A stretch of DNA of 63,551 nucleotides, the filler included, from Ministeria vibrans ATCC 50519 (Eukaryota > Protista > Filasterea), in NCBI GenBank assembly GCA_943704425.1. It is 8 parts of 8 records of this genome, joined end to end, with 100 filler letters (N's around TTAATTAATTAA, not from the genome) between each part and the next. Parts side by side here need not be neighbours in the genome. Positions count along the whole stretch, not along the records: positions 1 to 15,603 come from CALSCP010001583.1; 7 more parts are not named here. The stretch is one strand, 5' to 3'. Shown one piece after another: positions 1-10,500 of this stretch. A program made the position numbers and the translations under genes. A model generated the notes under the pieces. It was not told where the DNA came from. It saw only the letters and a program-made list of their open reading frames with translations, and searched no databases. Numbering within the stretch: position 1 is the first letter of the stretch; every line of letters begins with the position of its first letter.

Positions 1-72
1 CTAACCCTAACCCTAACCCTAACCCTAACCCTAACCCTAACCCTAACCCTAACCCTAACCCTAACCCTAACC
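1..72 (-). repeat. Telomeric repeat (CCCTAA)n/(TTAGGG)n, chromosome end 1
   Basis: Perfect CCCTAA tandem array at the start of the scaffold. Confidence 0.98.
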
Positions 73-874
73 GAGACATGAACTTTACGATTGTATTCAG
101 ACGTTTAACACATACTCAAGCAGCTTATGGGGCCCACTCGGAATACATCGCGATCCTCAACACACACATCAAACACAAAAACACACAAGAGGATACTACA
201 AGCAACACCAAAGAACAAATACCAAAACAACACACATAATATCAAAAACAAACAATCACAAACATTAACAAAACAACACAGTCACACACAAAAGTAATAA
301 AACGCGCCACACTAACAAACACAAGAGCAAACAAACAAACACAACGTGCTCAGCAGGCACTCAAAGCCACAAAGACTCATGTCAAAGCTTAAATGACTGA
401 ACCGCACCATCCAAACTCAAACTTCATCCATTGCACCCAAGAACACCCAACCAAACGCCACCACCATCGCCTTGGCCAGCCAAAACTGCCAATACCATGC
501 CAGCATCCACCGCCACAGACCCACCGTCCGACATTAGCAACAAACTCAGACTCTATCTGCCGCAACAGAAAATCTTCGTTTGGCCCACATCTCATACCAC
601 GTCACCATGTCTTTCACAACATTTGACGCCATCTTCTTCAGACGAACACGCTCACTCTCACTGAAACGCACCAGCACCGCTTGTGGCCACATTCCTGACA
701 CAAGAACCGATGGACGCATCACTTGAAACGGCACAAGCCACAGTGCAACCTGCGCGCTCGCACCATCCTGTGACGCATCCTTCAACCATTCTTGAAAGCC
801 TGCCTGTAGTACGCCCAGGGCGCGCTCTATACCACTAACCCCAGATGCAGTGCACGCAAACATGTGGTCCACAT
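73..874 (-). mobile_element. 5'-truncated non-LTR retrotransposon inserted in telomeric repeats (ORF2 C-terminus plus 3' UTR)
   Basis: Telomeric repeats on both sides. The minus-strand ORF (stop at 546) begins DVDHMFAC, the tail of a LINE CCHC knuckle. Bases 73-339 recur at 38592-38860 with an identical junction. Confidence 0.72.
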
Positions 875-923
875 CTAACCCTAACCCTGATCCAAATCCC
901 AAATCCCAACCCAAATCCTAACC
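875..923 (-). repeat. Internal degenerate telomeric repeats
   Basis: ctaaccctaaccctgatccaaatcccaaatcccaacccaaatcctaacc. Confidence 0.85.
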
Positions 924-1003
924 GTTCTCGTCTCGTTCACTCTCTTTGCACCACTAAAAGTGATAGTGATGACGATCAAACATACTACAATGAAAACTCA
1001 ACT

Positions 1004-2428
1004 CAACAGTTGTGAAATTTCACTCCCTCACTCAAAAATAAACTTTTGCCGTTTATCTCATATCTCATTTTTTTCTTTGCAAGCATATTGGAGGGAAGCG
1101 ACGACAAATCGGTCAGTCCCTTTGTCCGAAACAGTCTCTCTGCTCTCTCTTTCACTGTCCCTCCGCATTTTAGTCTCTTTTCCTACTCACAATGTTACCC
1201 ACTATCTCTATCTTATACTCACTTTTGATTATGTTCCCTTGCTTGCAACGAATAATTCGGGTCTTCCAGTGAAACACTCAATAGTGACTCGACCGACGGA
1301 AATTGTTCCAAGCCAATCGTTTTCCCTTCCACCTTTTTCACCTTTTCCTCTTCTTCCCTCTTCTCTTTCGTTCCCTCACTCTTCGTCTTAATTTGTCTCT
1401 CAGTCTTCGTCTCAATCTGTCCCTCACTCTTCGTCTCACTCTTCGTCTCAATCTGTGCCTCAGTCGTTTCCGTCTCAGTCACTCTCTTCTCTGCTTCTTT
1501 TTCTCCGTATTCCCTTTCCCGCTCATCTACTCTTCTCGCCTCTTCTTCTTCCTTTCCACACATTTCCTCATCGCTCTCACTCCCATCGTCTTCCTCTTCC
1601 TCCTCCTCCCACATTTTGCGCCGTTTCACTTTGATTGAGCCCACACCACTCGCATCCTCTCCACTCCGCTTCGTTCCTCCTCCTCCTCTTGCATCTCCCC
1701 TTGTTGTTGTTGTTGCCGCTGCTGCTTCTTCATGATTCCCTCGCGCAGAGCATCCGCATTCTTTTCCTCAATCTCTTCCAAGTCGCGCATGGCACTGCGA
1801 TGGTCAAACTGGTGTCGTGGCCCGGACAGGATCTTTTCGCGCATCTGCCGCTTCTGCAGCTCCGCCTCCTGGCGTTCCTTCTCCTTATGTCGAATAAAGT
1901 CAGCAACTCTAAGAAAAAAGAAAGAGAAAAAGAGAGAGACTGTCAACGACCTCTTGGCGCTCGAGTGGGATTTGTGATACTGTTTTTCAGCGTCTGACGA
2001 ACGCGTCGTCCCCTCAGATCCCGACACGCGTCGACGTTGTCGTCTTTGTTTCGCGAGAGCTTGGCGCCTGCAGACCGCAGCATGCTGCCAAAGCTGCCCT
2101 TGCCGCCGTAAAGACGCAGCGAGATGGTGATGGTCGAAAATGCCGACGACGTCACGTCTTGTGGGCTTCGCTGCTGTCGCTCCCGGCCTGAAGGCAGCCG
2201 TTCACGCGCACGACAGTCTTGCTTGCGTCAAGCCCGTACTCGCTGCAGACGAGCGCACACGCCTGGTGGATTGACAGAGAGAGAGACGGGGAAGGGGTTG
2301 GGGGGATGAGAAAGAGAGAACGATGTTTGGTGAATTGCTACAGTGTGCGCTGAGCATGATTCGACAACACGACAGGGTAGGCGTGCGAAGCACGAAATGG
2401 GAGGTCCACTGACGATAAACTGGGGCAT
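1004..2428 (-). pseudogene. SDE2: SDE2-like gene (ubiquitin-fold N-terminus, SAP-like C-terminus), frameshifted; 3' end approximate
   Basis: [14 protein letters not shown]...ACRDLRGRR and LQAR..LKCGGTVKERAERLF match SDE2 motifs. Apparent frameshifts at ~1997 and ~1728 indicate decay or sequencing error. Confidence 0.8.
1374..1455. repeat. Coding minisatellite (ETKSE/ETKTE units) in SDE2
   Basis: Repeated ctcactcttcgtct units. Confidence 0.7.
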
Positions 2429-2483
2429 TGTCGTTCGGTAAGAAGAGAAAAATAAACTGAAACTGAAACTGGGAGTATTCATT

Positions 2484-3460
2484 TCATCCAGCACCGGCCA
2501 CATCCTCTGCTGGACAACTCCCTGTTCGCGCATAGCGCGACATGTTGTCTTTCACAACCGCCATCATCTCCTCGCCGAACAACGACGTCGCCACATCCGT
2601 CACAAGACGGCGCACGCTATGCACAGCCGCCGCATGGCGACACGGATTCAGATGATCCGCATCTCCAATGTGGCCTGTCGCCCCATGGATGCCATCAACA
2701 AGCTCATCGTACTTCTCGACGTCCAAGACNNNNNNNNNNNNNNNNNNNNNNNNNNNNNNNNNNNNNNNNNNNNNNNNNNNNNNNNNNNNNNNNNNNNNNN
2801 NNNNNNNNNNNNNNNNNNNNNNNNNNNNNNNNNNNNNNNNNNNNNNNNNNNNNNNNNNNNNNNNNNNNNNNNNNNNNNNNNNNNNNNNNNNNNNNNNNNN
2901 NNNNNNNNNNNNNNNNNNNNNNNNNNNNNNNNNNNNNNNNNNNNNNNNNNNNNNNNNNNNNNNNNNNNNNNNNNNNNNNNNNNNNNNNNNNNNNNNNNNN
3001 NNNNNNNNNNNNNNNNNNNNNNNNNNNNNNNNNNNNNNNNNNNNNNNNNNNNNNNNNNNNNNNNNNNNNNNNNNNNNNNNNNNNNNNNNNNNNNNNNNNN
3101 NNNNNNNNNNNNNNNNNNNNNNNNNNNNNNNNNNNNNNNNNNNNNNNNNNNNNNNNNNNNNNNNNNNNNNNNNNNNNNNNNNNNNNNNNNNNNNNNNNNN
3201 NNNNNNNNNNNNNNNNNNNNNNNNNNNGAGCTTACGATGGGTTTGAATTGGCAGCGAGGGCAGATGTTCGCGTCGCTAAACTGGTCTGCGAGCTCAATGA
3301 ACTTGTGGCCTTCGAAGGGGGCGTTGCAGAAGACGAGGTTTTCGCTTTGAACCGGTTCGGAGGGACACGCCTCGGCATGCAGACACGCGAAGTACTGGTG
3401 CGCCTCGGTGGAGGCCAGGCACGCCGCGAGGAGGAGAGACAGAGCAACTGGACGATGCAT
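2484..3460 (-). CDS. Secreted Cys-containing hypothetical protein spanning an assembly gap
   Basis: Signal peptide MHRPVALSLLLAACLASTEA at 3460. A coding-like ORF at 2484-2726 after the gap is the likely C-terminus. Confidence 0.55.
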
Positions 3461-4632
3461 TTCTGAGAGAGAGAAGCGGCAAGGCAGAAAAAAAGAAGAA
3501 AAACAACAAAGCGAAAATAATTAGGCAAAAAAGTTGTTTGTGCTCATTGGATCCGTGTTCTTTTCAACTGAATCGTCACTCGTACCAATCACAAGCCAAA
3601 TTCAAGAATAAATTTGGAAAGTCCAAGTCTAATTGGCCCTCTCGGACCTTATGCAAATTTCGAATTTCAGACCGAATTCAGTCAGACAGGTGATTTCATT
3701 GAGCAAATGAGAGCCCATCTGTCAGAGTGGTCTGTGTCTCATGTGTTATGACCCCCTTGTCACAACGCGGAGCTTTTTGCGCCAGTCGTTTGTTTTCTGT
3801 GGTCTGGCACAATTATTGTTCAATTATTGATGACGTACTTCGACACTCTCAGCGTTATTTTTGTGTTTTGCTTAATTAAATATCGCACTGCATTCTGCAA
3901 TCAATCGATTGTTCGCTCTCCGTTGGAGGCAGGCGGGCACTCAGGCAGCAAACGAGCGTATCTTTTCCCAGCGCGGGCCGTCGCCCCTGGCCAGCCAAGG
4001 TCGACTACTTGTCGCGGGCATGGTCCATGGACAGACCATCGGAGTGCGCCGGACTCTGTCCCACTCCGGTTGTAACCAAAATCGGTTTGACCCTGCCTGG
4101 CCACTGCCCTTTATAATCTCGGATCTCGCCCCCTAAAAATCTCAGATTTTCTCACCGAGCTCGATCAGCCCATTAGTAAACTTATGGCGTTGATTACGCT
4201 CTGTTCCGGCCGTGCTTGACGTCCTCGCCGCGCACATGCCATACACCTCAGTAACAACAATGTTCGTCGTCGCGAATCTCGCCAGTTTATTTGCTAGTTT
4301 GGTCGTGGCGGCAGCAGGAAAAAACAAATCTCGCCAAAAACAGTGTCGTGTTTCAGTCTCTCCTCTTTGTCACCCATGTGTCTTTTTGAACTGTAAAGTG
4401 TACAATCATTGGAAGTGAGTGAAAGTTTCGAATTTTTCAAATTTCGAGTGAATCGCAATTTTTTATCACTTTTGGCGCGCTACTCTGTCCGTCGTTCCAC
4501 GCGACTAAGTCGCTTAGTCCCGATCCTTTAACGTTGCAGTAATAGTGTGGACACGTCTCATGTCAAAGAAATCGTCATTTTCATGTCCAGTACGTCGTTT
4601 GGAGGGAAACGAGGTTTGTTCTGCTTTACTCA

Positions 4633-5082
4633 TTGTACACAAAGGCGACGCCGACGATTCCGACTGCATCCGAGGTATCTCTCCCTCGTGGAATGAAGTT
4701 CATACCGACGTTTGGCTCGGGGTTCCTGCCCGTGTTCAGCCCGGTCCTGTTTTCGGGCATGGGCACGATTGCGAAACTGACCGAGTCGGCCGATGAGGTC
4801 AAAGACGCGCGCTCCCAGTTTGCTCGCGTAACCAAAGAAGGTTCTCTTACGGACGTCTGCACAGAGCTCGACAAGCCGTTGTCCGGCCGATCTGCGTCTA
4901 GAATTCTGAACAGAGGCCGCAGTGCTTGGGGTCGCGCACCTTACGAACGGTATGAGGACCGGCCGGCTATTCCGCTGGCGGAGGACCCGATGTCGCATAT
5001 GAACAGTTCCCGATACGTTTTACACACACTAAAGATATCGATGAAGCAGTTCCAAGAGCTGGTTGAGGCGGCGGCGCGGTAA
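4633..5082 (+). CDS. Hypothetical ORF inside the TIR element
   Basis: 149-aa ORF with no recognisable motif. Confidence 0.3.
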   Translation: MYTKATPTIPTASEVSLPRGMKFIPTFGSGFLPVFSPVLFSGMGTIAKLTESADEVKDARSQFARVTKEGSLTDVCTELDKPLSGRSASRILNRGRSAWGRAPYERYEDRPAIPLAEDPMSHMNSSRYVLHTLKISMKQFQELVEAAAR

Positions 5083-5201
5083 AAAAAATGCTACTTACCC
5101 TCCTCCCATCTCTCTCCCATTAACATTAATGATATTTTCGTAGATGTGACAATCGCATGCGCGGTCCTCGCGTCGGCCTGCTTCCTCCGACACGCGGTAA
5201 A

Positions 5202-5894
5202 TCAAAGTACACACTCGAAGAACGAGTGTACATTGGCCTTCACCATTTTCAGGGCCAAACTTATTCGCAGATGGTGGAGCACTTTCACACAAGTGTCTTC
5301 GCCGTTTCTAAATACGTCCACCTCACGATTCTTGCTGCCTCCTCGTTGAAATCGAAGTGTTGATTTCAATCGGAGGGCCCAAAGGTGTCGTTGGAGGCGT
5401 AATTGAGAGTGTGTTTGTTGTCGACGATTTGGCGCCCGAAGTCTTCGTCGCTGTTGACGTCGTAATGAAGGTGGTGTCAGACGCCCTGCGATGGGAACAA
5501 TGGGTGTCGTTGGGGGGGATGTGATTTGCACGGGAGAGACTGGAGGAGTCGTAGAAGTGTGGAGGAAGCCCTCCCCATCTGTTGGCGCCATAAGTTGAGA
5601 ATTCTCCTCTTCGTCCTCGTTCTCGTCCTCGTCTTCGCCCTCATCTTCGTCCTCGTCGTCCTCCGAGGCGACTACACTGCCACCATCACCATATTCGCGC
5701 TGATCCTTGTCGCAACCCTGGTCAGAGTCACCATCAAAGGAGAGCTCACGTTCGATTCCTTTGTCGAGGCGATCCTTCTTTGCCACCTCCTGAACAGCCA
5801 TCGTGAAAGCCGTTTCACCCCAAACGTCGCTCGGTAAACGCTTTAAGGTACGTGTGCGACCTCGAGCGCTGGTGTGGTGCATCAGTTTCTCCAT
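5202..5894 (-). CDS. Acidic/Pro-rich ORF inside the TIR element (possible transposase C-terminal remnant)
   Basis: 230-aa ORF with a D/E tract and a candidate splice acceptor (ctcag) just upstream. Confidence 0.35.
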   Translation of the reverse strand: MEKLMHHTSARGRTRTLKRLPSDVWGETAFTMAVQEVAKKDRLDKGIERELSFDGDSDQGCDKDQREYGDGGSVVASEDDEDEDEGEDEDENEDEEENSQLMAPTDGEGFLHTSTTPPVSPVQITSPPTTPIVPIAGRLTPPSLRRQQRRRLRAPNRRQQTHSQLRLQRHLWALRLKSTLRFQRGGSKNREVDVFRNGEDTCVKVLHHLRISLALKMVKANVHSFFECVL

Positions 5895-6700
5895 TCTGAG
5901 AGAAAACCGATATTACTCGAACATTAATCAAAACACAGATACAAATGCCACCAAACCCTGAACAGCATCTCCAATATTGAGTCTATCAAGCTACAGCCAC
6001 CTTGATATTTACCTCAGGGGTCGCAAAGGTGGTGTACTGCTCGAAAATTAATTGAGACTTCATTGAGATTATAACATCTTCACGCAACTGAATTTTCAAA
6101 AAGTGAGATACAAATTGAGATTATAAAGGGCAGCATGGGCGTTGGGAAGTGCCAGATCTCGCCCAGCGTGCCGATATTCTTGATCTGTTTCGCGCTCAGT
6201 CAAATGATCTCAGGTGCTCTCAGCTTCTGCTATAAAATCCCGTTTTCGTCAAGCAAGAAACGGAAGAACCACCGCCCGACGCAACTCTCCGCATTTTTCT
6301 CTTTCTGCGCGATCCCACTATCCGTATGGGGAGCAGTCGTTGCCTATCCCAAGGCAGACTCCCTTGCGCAAGGCCTCGGCTGTCCGACGCAGACAGGCAT
6401 AGTCGCTCTCGTGTGTGTCTCTATTGTTATTTGTCTCGTGTCTCTTATGCACTTGTTTGCCTTTTTCAAAATTGTATATCGCTGTCTGAATAAATAGAAG
6501 AAGAGAATACCATTATTAATAATACAGTCACCGCGCGAAGACACAGCCAGATCGCCTTGCAAACCCAACCAAAACTTTAGAGGTAACATGGGGGGGCTAC
6601 CCTAGTGTGCTAGCCCCCAACATCGGAGAACAGTTGCAGGTCAGAGTGCTGTATCGTCGCTATTCAGGGAGGCAATCGCGAAAATATTGTTCTGCTAGGA

Positions 6701-6845
6701 AGGAGTGCCCGGACTCCCTATAACATGTCCCACCCCACGGAAATTCGGAGTTTTCTAATACCAGGTCCCAGGGGAGTGCCTCGGACTCCCTATTAAACAT
6801 GTCCCACCCCACGGAAATTCGGACTTTTCTAATACCAGGTCCCCC
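6701..6845. repeat. Tandem ~70-bp direct repeat (2 copies)
   Basis: ggagtgcc..ggactccctat..acatgtcccaccccacggaaattcgga..ttctaataccaggtcccc appears twice. Confidence 0.9.
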
Positions 6846-7084
6846 AGGTCAAAATTTCTAATTTCCGACAAAGCAGACTTTTCTGAATACGATGATTAGA
6901 GGACAGATGACGCCTATTATGGTGATCTTCATACGTTTGCTAGGTCACTGGGGGGATAGAAGACGTTTTAACTTTTAACTATGAAAATATTATTATTATT
7001 AGAAGAAGAAGAAGAAGAATACAACCCATTTATTATAATTATTAGTATTCTCCTCATATTAGTCTTGCTAAGTTGTTGTCGTCG

Positions 7085-9369
7085 TTAACGAAAGTACACG
7101 TCAATCTGACGAGGAGAGTCTTGGAGCGATTTAAATATGGGCTTGTGGAAGGGTAGGGAGTTGAGAATCTGTGTCACCGTTTTGGCTCGGAACAGGCTCT
7201 CAAGGCGTTTTGTGAAGAGAGTGGCGAGAGTGGCGTCGGACATTTTTGGGTAGCGACACGTTCGAGACATGCAGACCGTGGTTAGGTCAAATTCAAAAGA
7301 TATGATTTGTATTTGGCCTTCGGAAGGATTAAGCTGGTTGAGGGCGGGGTGGAGAGCTGTAAGAACATTGTCATAATTCTGCATCTGGACTTTGTAGCCT
7401 TGCCCATCGTTAACCGTAATTTCGATACAGGACTTGATAATGGCTTTAACGTCTCCAATTGTATTGGTCGCCTCGATGCTAGCAAGGCGATGGAATCGCG
7501 CGACAAACGCCAGACCCCTGTTAGGAAAGCACCCGACAGGCTCGACCTTACTGGTGAGCTTCAAACAATCTTGCCATCGTGAAGACGCCCAACAACCCCA
7601 ATCCTCGCAGTCATAGAGTAATGCGCGATCCGCAAGCGTCTCAAGAACGCTTTTTACCGCACGCTCGAGATCAAAGAACGCTTTGTTTGCTTGTAATTGA
7701 CGGTCTCGTTCCATTTCGCCCTTTTCGTCTTTCCAAGTAAAATGCTCTCCCAACATACAAAGTTTCACAAAGACCGTTTGTGTTCCTTCGGAATTAAAAT
7801 GTCCTGAGTTCCACAGATCGTCCATCATAGCGGTAAGAGATTTCATGAGGTCAAGACTTGTCTCGTAATCAGCGAATTTGTCGTTAGATTTCGAAAATTG
7901 ATAAAGAAGTGGGATCTTCTGGAGGAGAGAAATTCCATCTGCTATACTGTGTGACTTGAAATTAAGGTTCCCGCGAACAACATATTTAGGGTTAAATGTG
8001 TACCCACGAATCGCGCGAGGATAGGTCGACAAGTCGGTAAGGGAAAGGTTGATCCACAGAGATGTTCCCGAGCAACTGTACATAGCATCATAAGCGTTCT
8101 GCCAGATAACAATTCCCACTTCCCGCTTCGCCAAATGCTTCAAACAGATCACCAGCGCGAGCAACGCGTTTTCCAACCATTGACGGTTAGAGATATTATC
8201 TAATGTGATTCGCGATAAGGAAAGTGTGTTTTTCGGTCCCTTTCTGAGAATAGGGTTTCTCAAAATTAGCTTATTAAATAGCTCTTCGGAATGAATAGTC
8301 AGGTCATAGTCCGAATTCTCATACGGCATAAAATGGTCTTCTTTTTGAATCCAGGAGAAACCTTGAATGGTACTTCCTTGGATAGACATCGAAATAGGGT
8401 GAAGTGTATCTGTAGTGGTGGAATCAGAAAGGAACTTCCGAACGATAGAGCAAAACTTGTTGAGTGACTTTTCACTTCTCAAAATTCCGAAGCAAGGAAG
8501 AAGCGTCTTTTGAACGTGTTGTCCCAATCCGAGAGCTTTAGTTTTCTCTTCCTCGGTAAGAAAGCTCTTGTCAAAGCTCTCGGCAACCATAGTCCCTCTA
8601 CGAGTCAGACATAAAGACGTAAAGAATAAGTATGAACCTAAAGATGCGTTCAAATTGTGATACATTACCTAATCTGTTGAAGAAGTGTAAAGACCCACCG
8701 CAAGGTATCGTTGTCCACAAGCCTCCAAATTTGAGACATTTGGTTTGGTGAACACGACTGAGTGGTCGTCAAGTCACGTGACATAGTCTCAACCCTGTTA
8801 AAGTACTGGCTGATCAAAGTAGTATCGCTCCAGTCGACAGGGGGAGTACAGGTATTATCAAGTTGCTCTTTCAGAGACAAGATGCACCACAAAAGAGACA
8901 AAAACGCGTTCGTGCTGTTTGGGCCCGATTTCTGACAACAGATTCGAAACATATCCCGCAAAATTTGGTACCCATCTTCACGGGATTCCTTCCTGATCAC
9001 ACGAACATTAGAACTGTCCCCAAGATCAAAATCAGTTATTGCCGCACTATTACAATAAGATAAGTAAACGTGTCCCTGGCCGATAAGTTCGAACAGTTGT
9101 GTGAGCGTAGTTTTGTTCAAGGTCCAGGTCGAGAAGGAGAGACCGCGTTTGGGTCCATCGGTATCAGTTCCATGGCCACAAAACCACATTGTGTAATACT
9201 GTTTGCCGAGATGTTCAATGTACCTTACCAAATATTCGTAAGTAGGATCATACAACACGACTGGGTTGTTGTCCTCGGAGCCAATTAATTCAAGTTTAAA
9301 AAGAGCCAAATCGAATTCAGCGAAAGGCGGTCCGCCGCCCCGATTAAAATTGTAGCACAGAATCGACAT
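7085..9369 (-). CDS. Caspase/CHAT-like protease fused to a Pol-beta-superfamily nucleotidyltransferase and an uncharacterised C-terminal region (~737 aa, exons 9369-8669 and 8597-7085)
   Basis: WFCGHG (H66) and YLSYCNS (C106) form a clan CD dyad. IQGSTIQGFS...SDYDLTI is a GS..DxD NTase motif. A 71-nt GTAATG...CTGACTCGTAG intron (8598-8668) joins the two ORFs in frame. Confidence 0.78.
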
Positions 9370-10133
9370 TCTTTCTCAAGAAGTATGTCACCTGTAATTA
9401 AAAATAATGCAGAATTTGGAAGAATATCAAACAATGATACAAAGATTGATAAGAAAGGAAAATTAATAGAGAACACATTTCCAATTTATTATCAATCACA
9501 AACGAAAAGCGAGAACAATAATAGAGAATAGAGGGTGGGTTAAGTTTTCGTTTTTTTTTCTTCTCTCGTCGCTACGCAAAAAAGGAAGGAAGCGTACAGC
9601 GAGTAAAGGAATCGGTGTACCTCACATTTCACAGACACATTGAAGACACATTACGGTCGTTTAGTCTCCTTCAAAAATTCGAGAAGGGAATCTCTTCATT
9701 TATTTGGAGGCTCCACAACACATCAATCGACCAACAGTAGGTGTTACCCCACTGTTTATTCACTGAGGAGACAATGCCGACGAATTATAAGCGCGGGTAC
9801 AGGGTTGAAGAAAAGTAAAGAGTCGCAAAAAAAAAATGCTTACAATGCTCTCACAGACGAGTTACACGCAACAGTAGAGAAAACTCAGTCATCTTACGTC
9901 GCTACCAAGCGCAATCGGTGACGTACTCTTCAAAACGCAGCTCTGGCAACTCTGCTGTACTGCCTATACGAACCAAGACTGTTTATTTGATTTAATACTG
10001 GGTTTATTTTGATAAAGGGACGTTAGATAATAGATATAACAATATAACTCAATGTAAGAAAATTTGTAGATATTTACACTCGATATTCGGGACAAAACGA
10101 ATCAGTTTCAGAAAAAATTGATCTGGATAAATA

Positions 10134-10500
10134 GAACGAGACGGACAGTTCGAGCCGAACTGATCGCTTTGGCCTGCTCACGAAGCACCCTCGCACGTCT
10201 CAGAACTTCGTCAAGCACCTCTGCAACGAGCACGACTTCACCAAAGAGGATGGTGCCGCCTGAGGAGGACGAGGCGCCTAGAGCGACAGAGAATCGCACT
10301 CGACCCAACTATTTCTTGTTCGTGGCGAGGCGGCGGACACTACGAAAGACCAGGAAGAGGATGAGGACGAGGACGAAGAAGAGGATGATGAACAGGACGA
10401 AGAAGAGAAGCAGGACGAGAAGCAGCAAGAAGAAAGCGACGAAGTACTCCGTAATTGCGCACTACTTCGGAGGTGTCGTCAAATACTTGCTATGTGTTGA
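10134..10500 (+). pseudogene. Possible decayed BED-finger/transposase N-terminal fragment
   Basis: One frame reads TSQNFVKHLCNEH, followed by an acidic tract. The frame is broken. Confidence 0.25.

Larger units (their letters stand above)
4104..6133. mobile_element. Non-autonomous DNA transposon with 17-bp terminal inverted repeats
   Basis: CTGCCCTTTATAATCTC (4104-4120) and GAGATTATAAAGGGCAG (6117-6133). CA flanks both ends (possible 2-bp TSD). TGAGA(T) subterminal repeats. Confidence 0.72.

Noticed and set aside
2619-3350. ORFs running through N gaps (also 23796-24801)
   Set aside because: Their lengths are artefacts of translating Ns.
8663-8667. TAATG stop/start overlap suggesting a bacterial-style two-gene operon
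   Set aside because: The same bases form a GTAATG donor with a branch point and AG that fuse the ORFs in frame. Splicing is the simpler explanation in this genome, pending RNA evidence.
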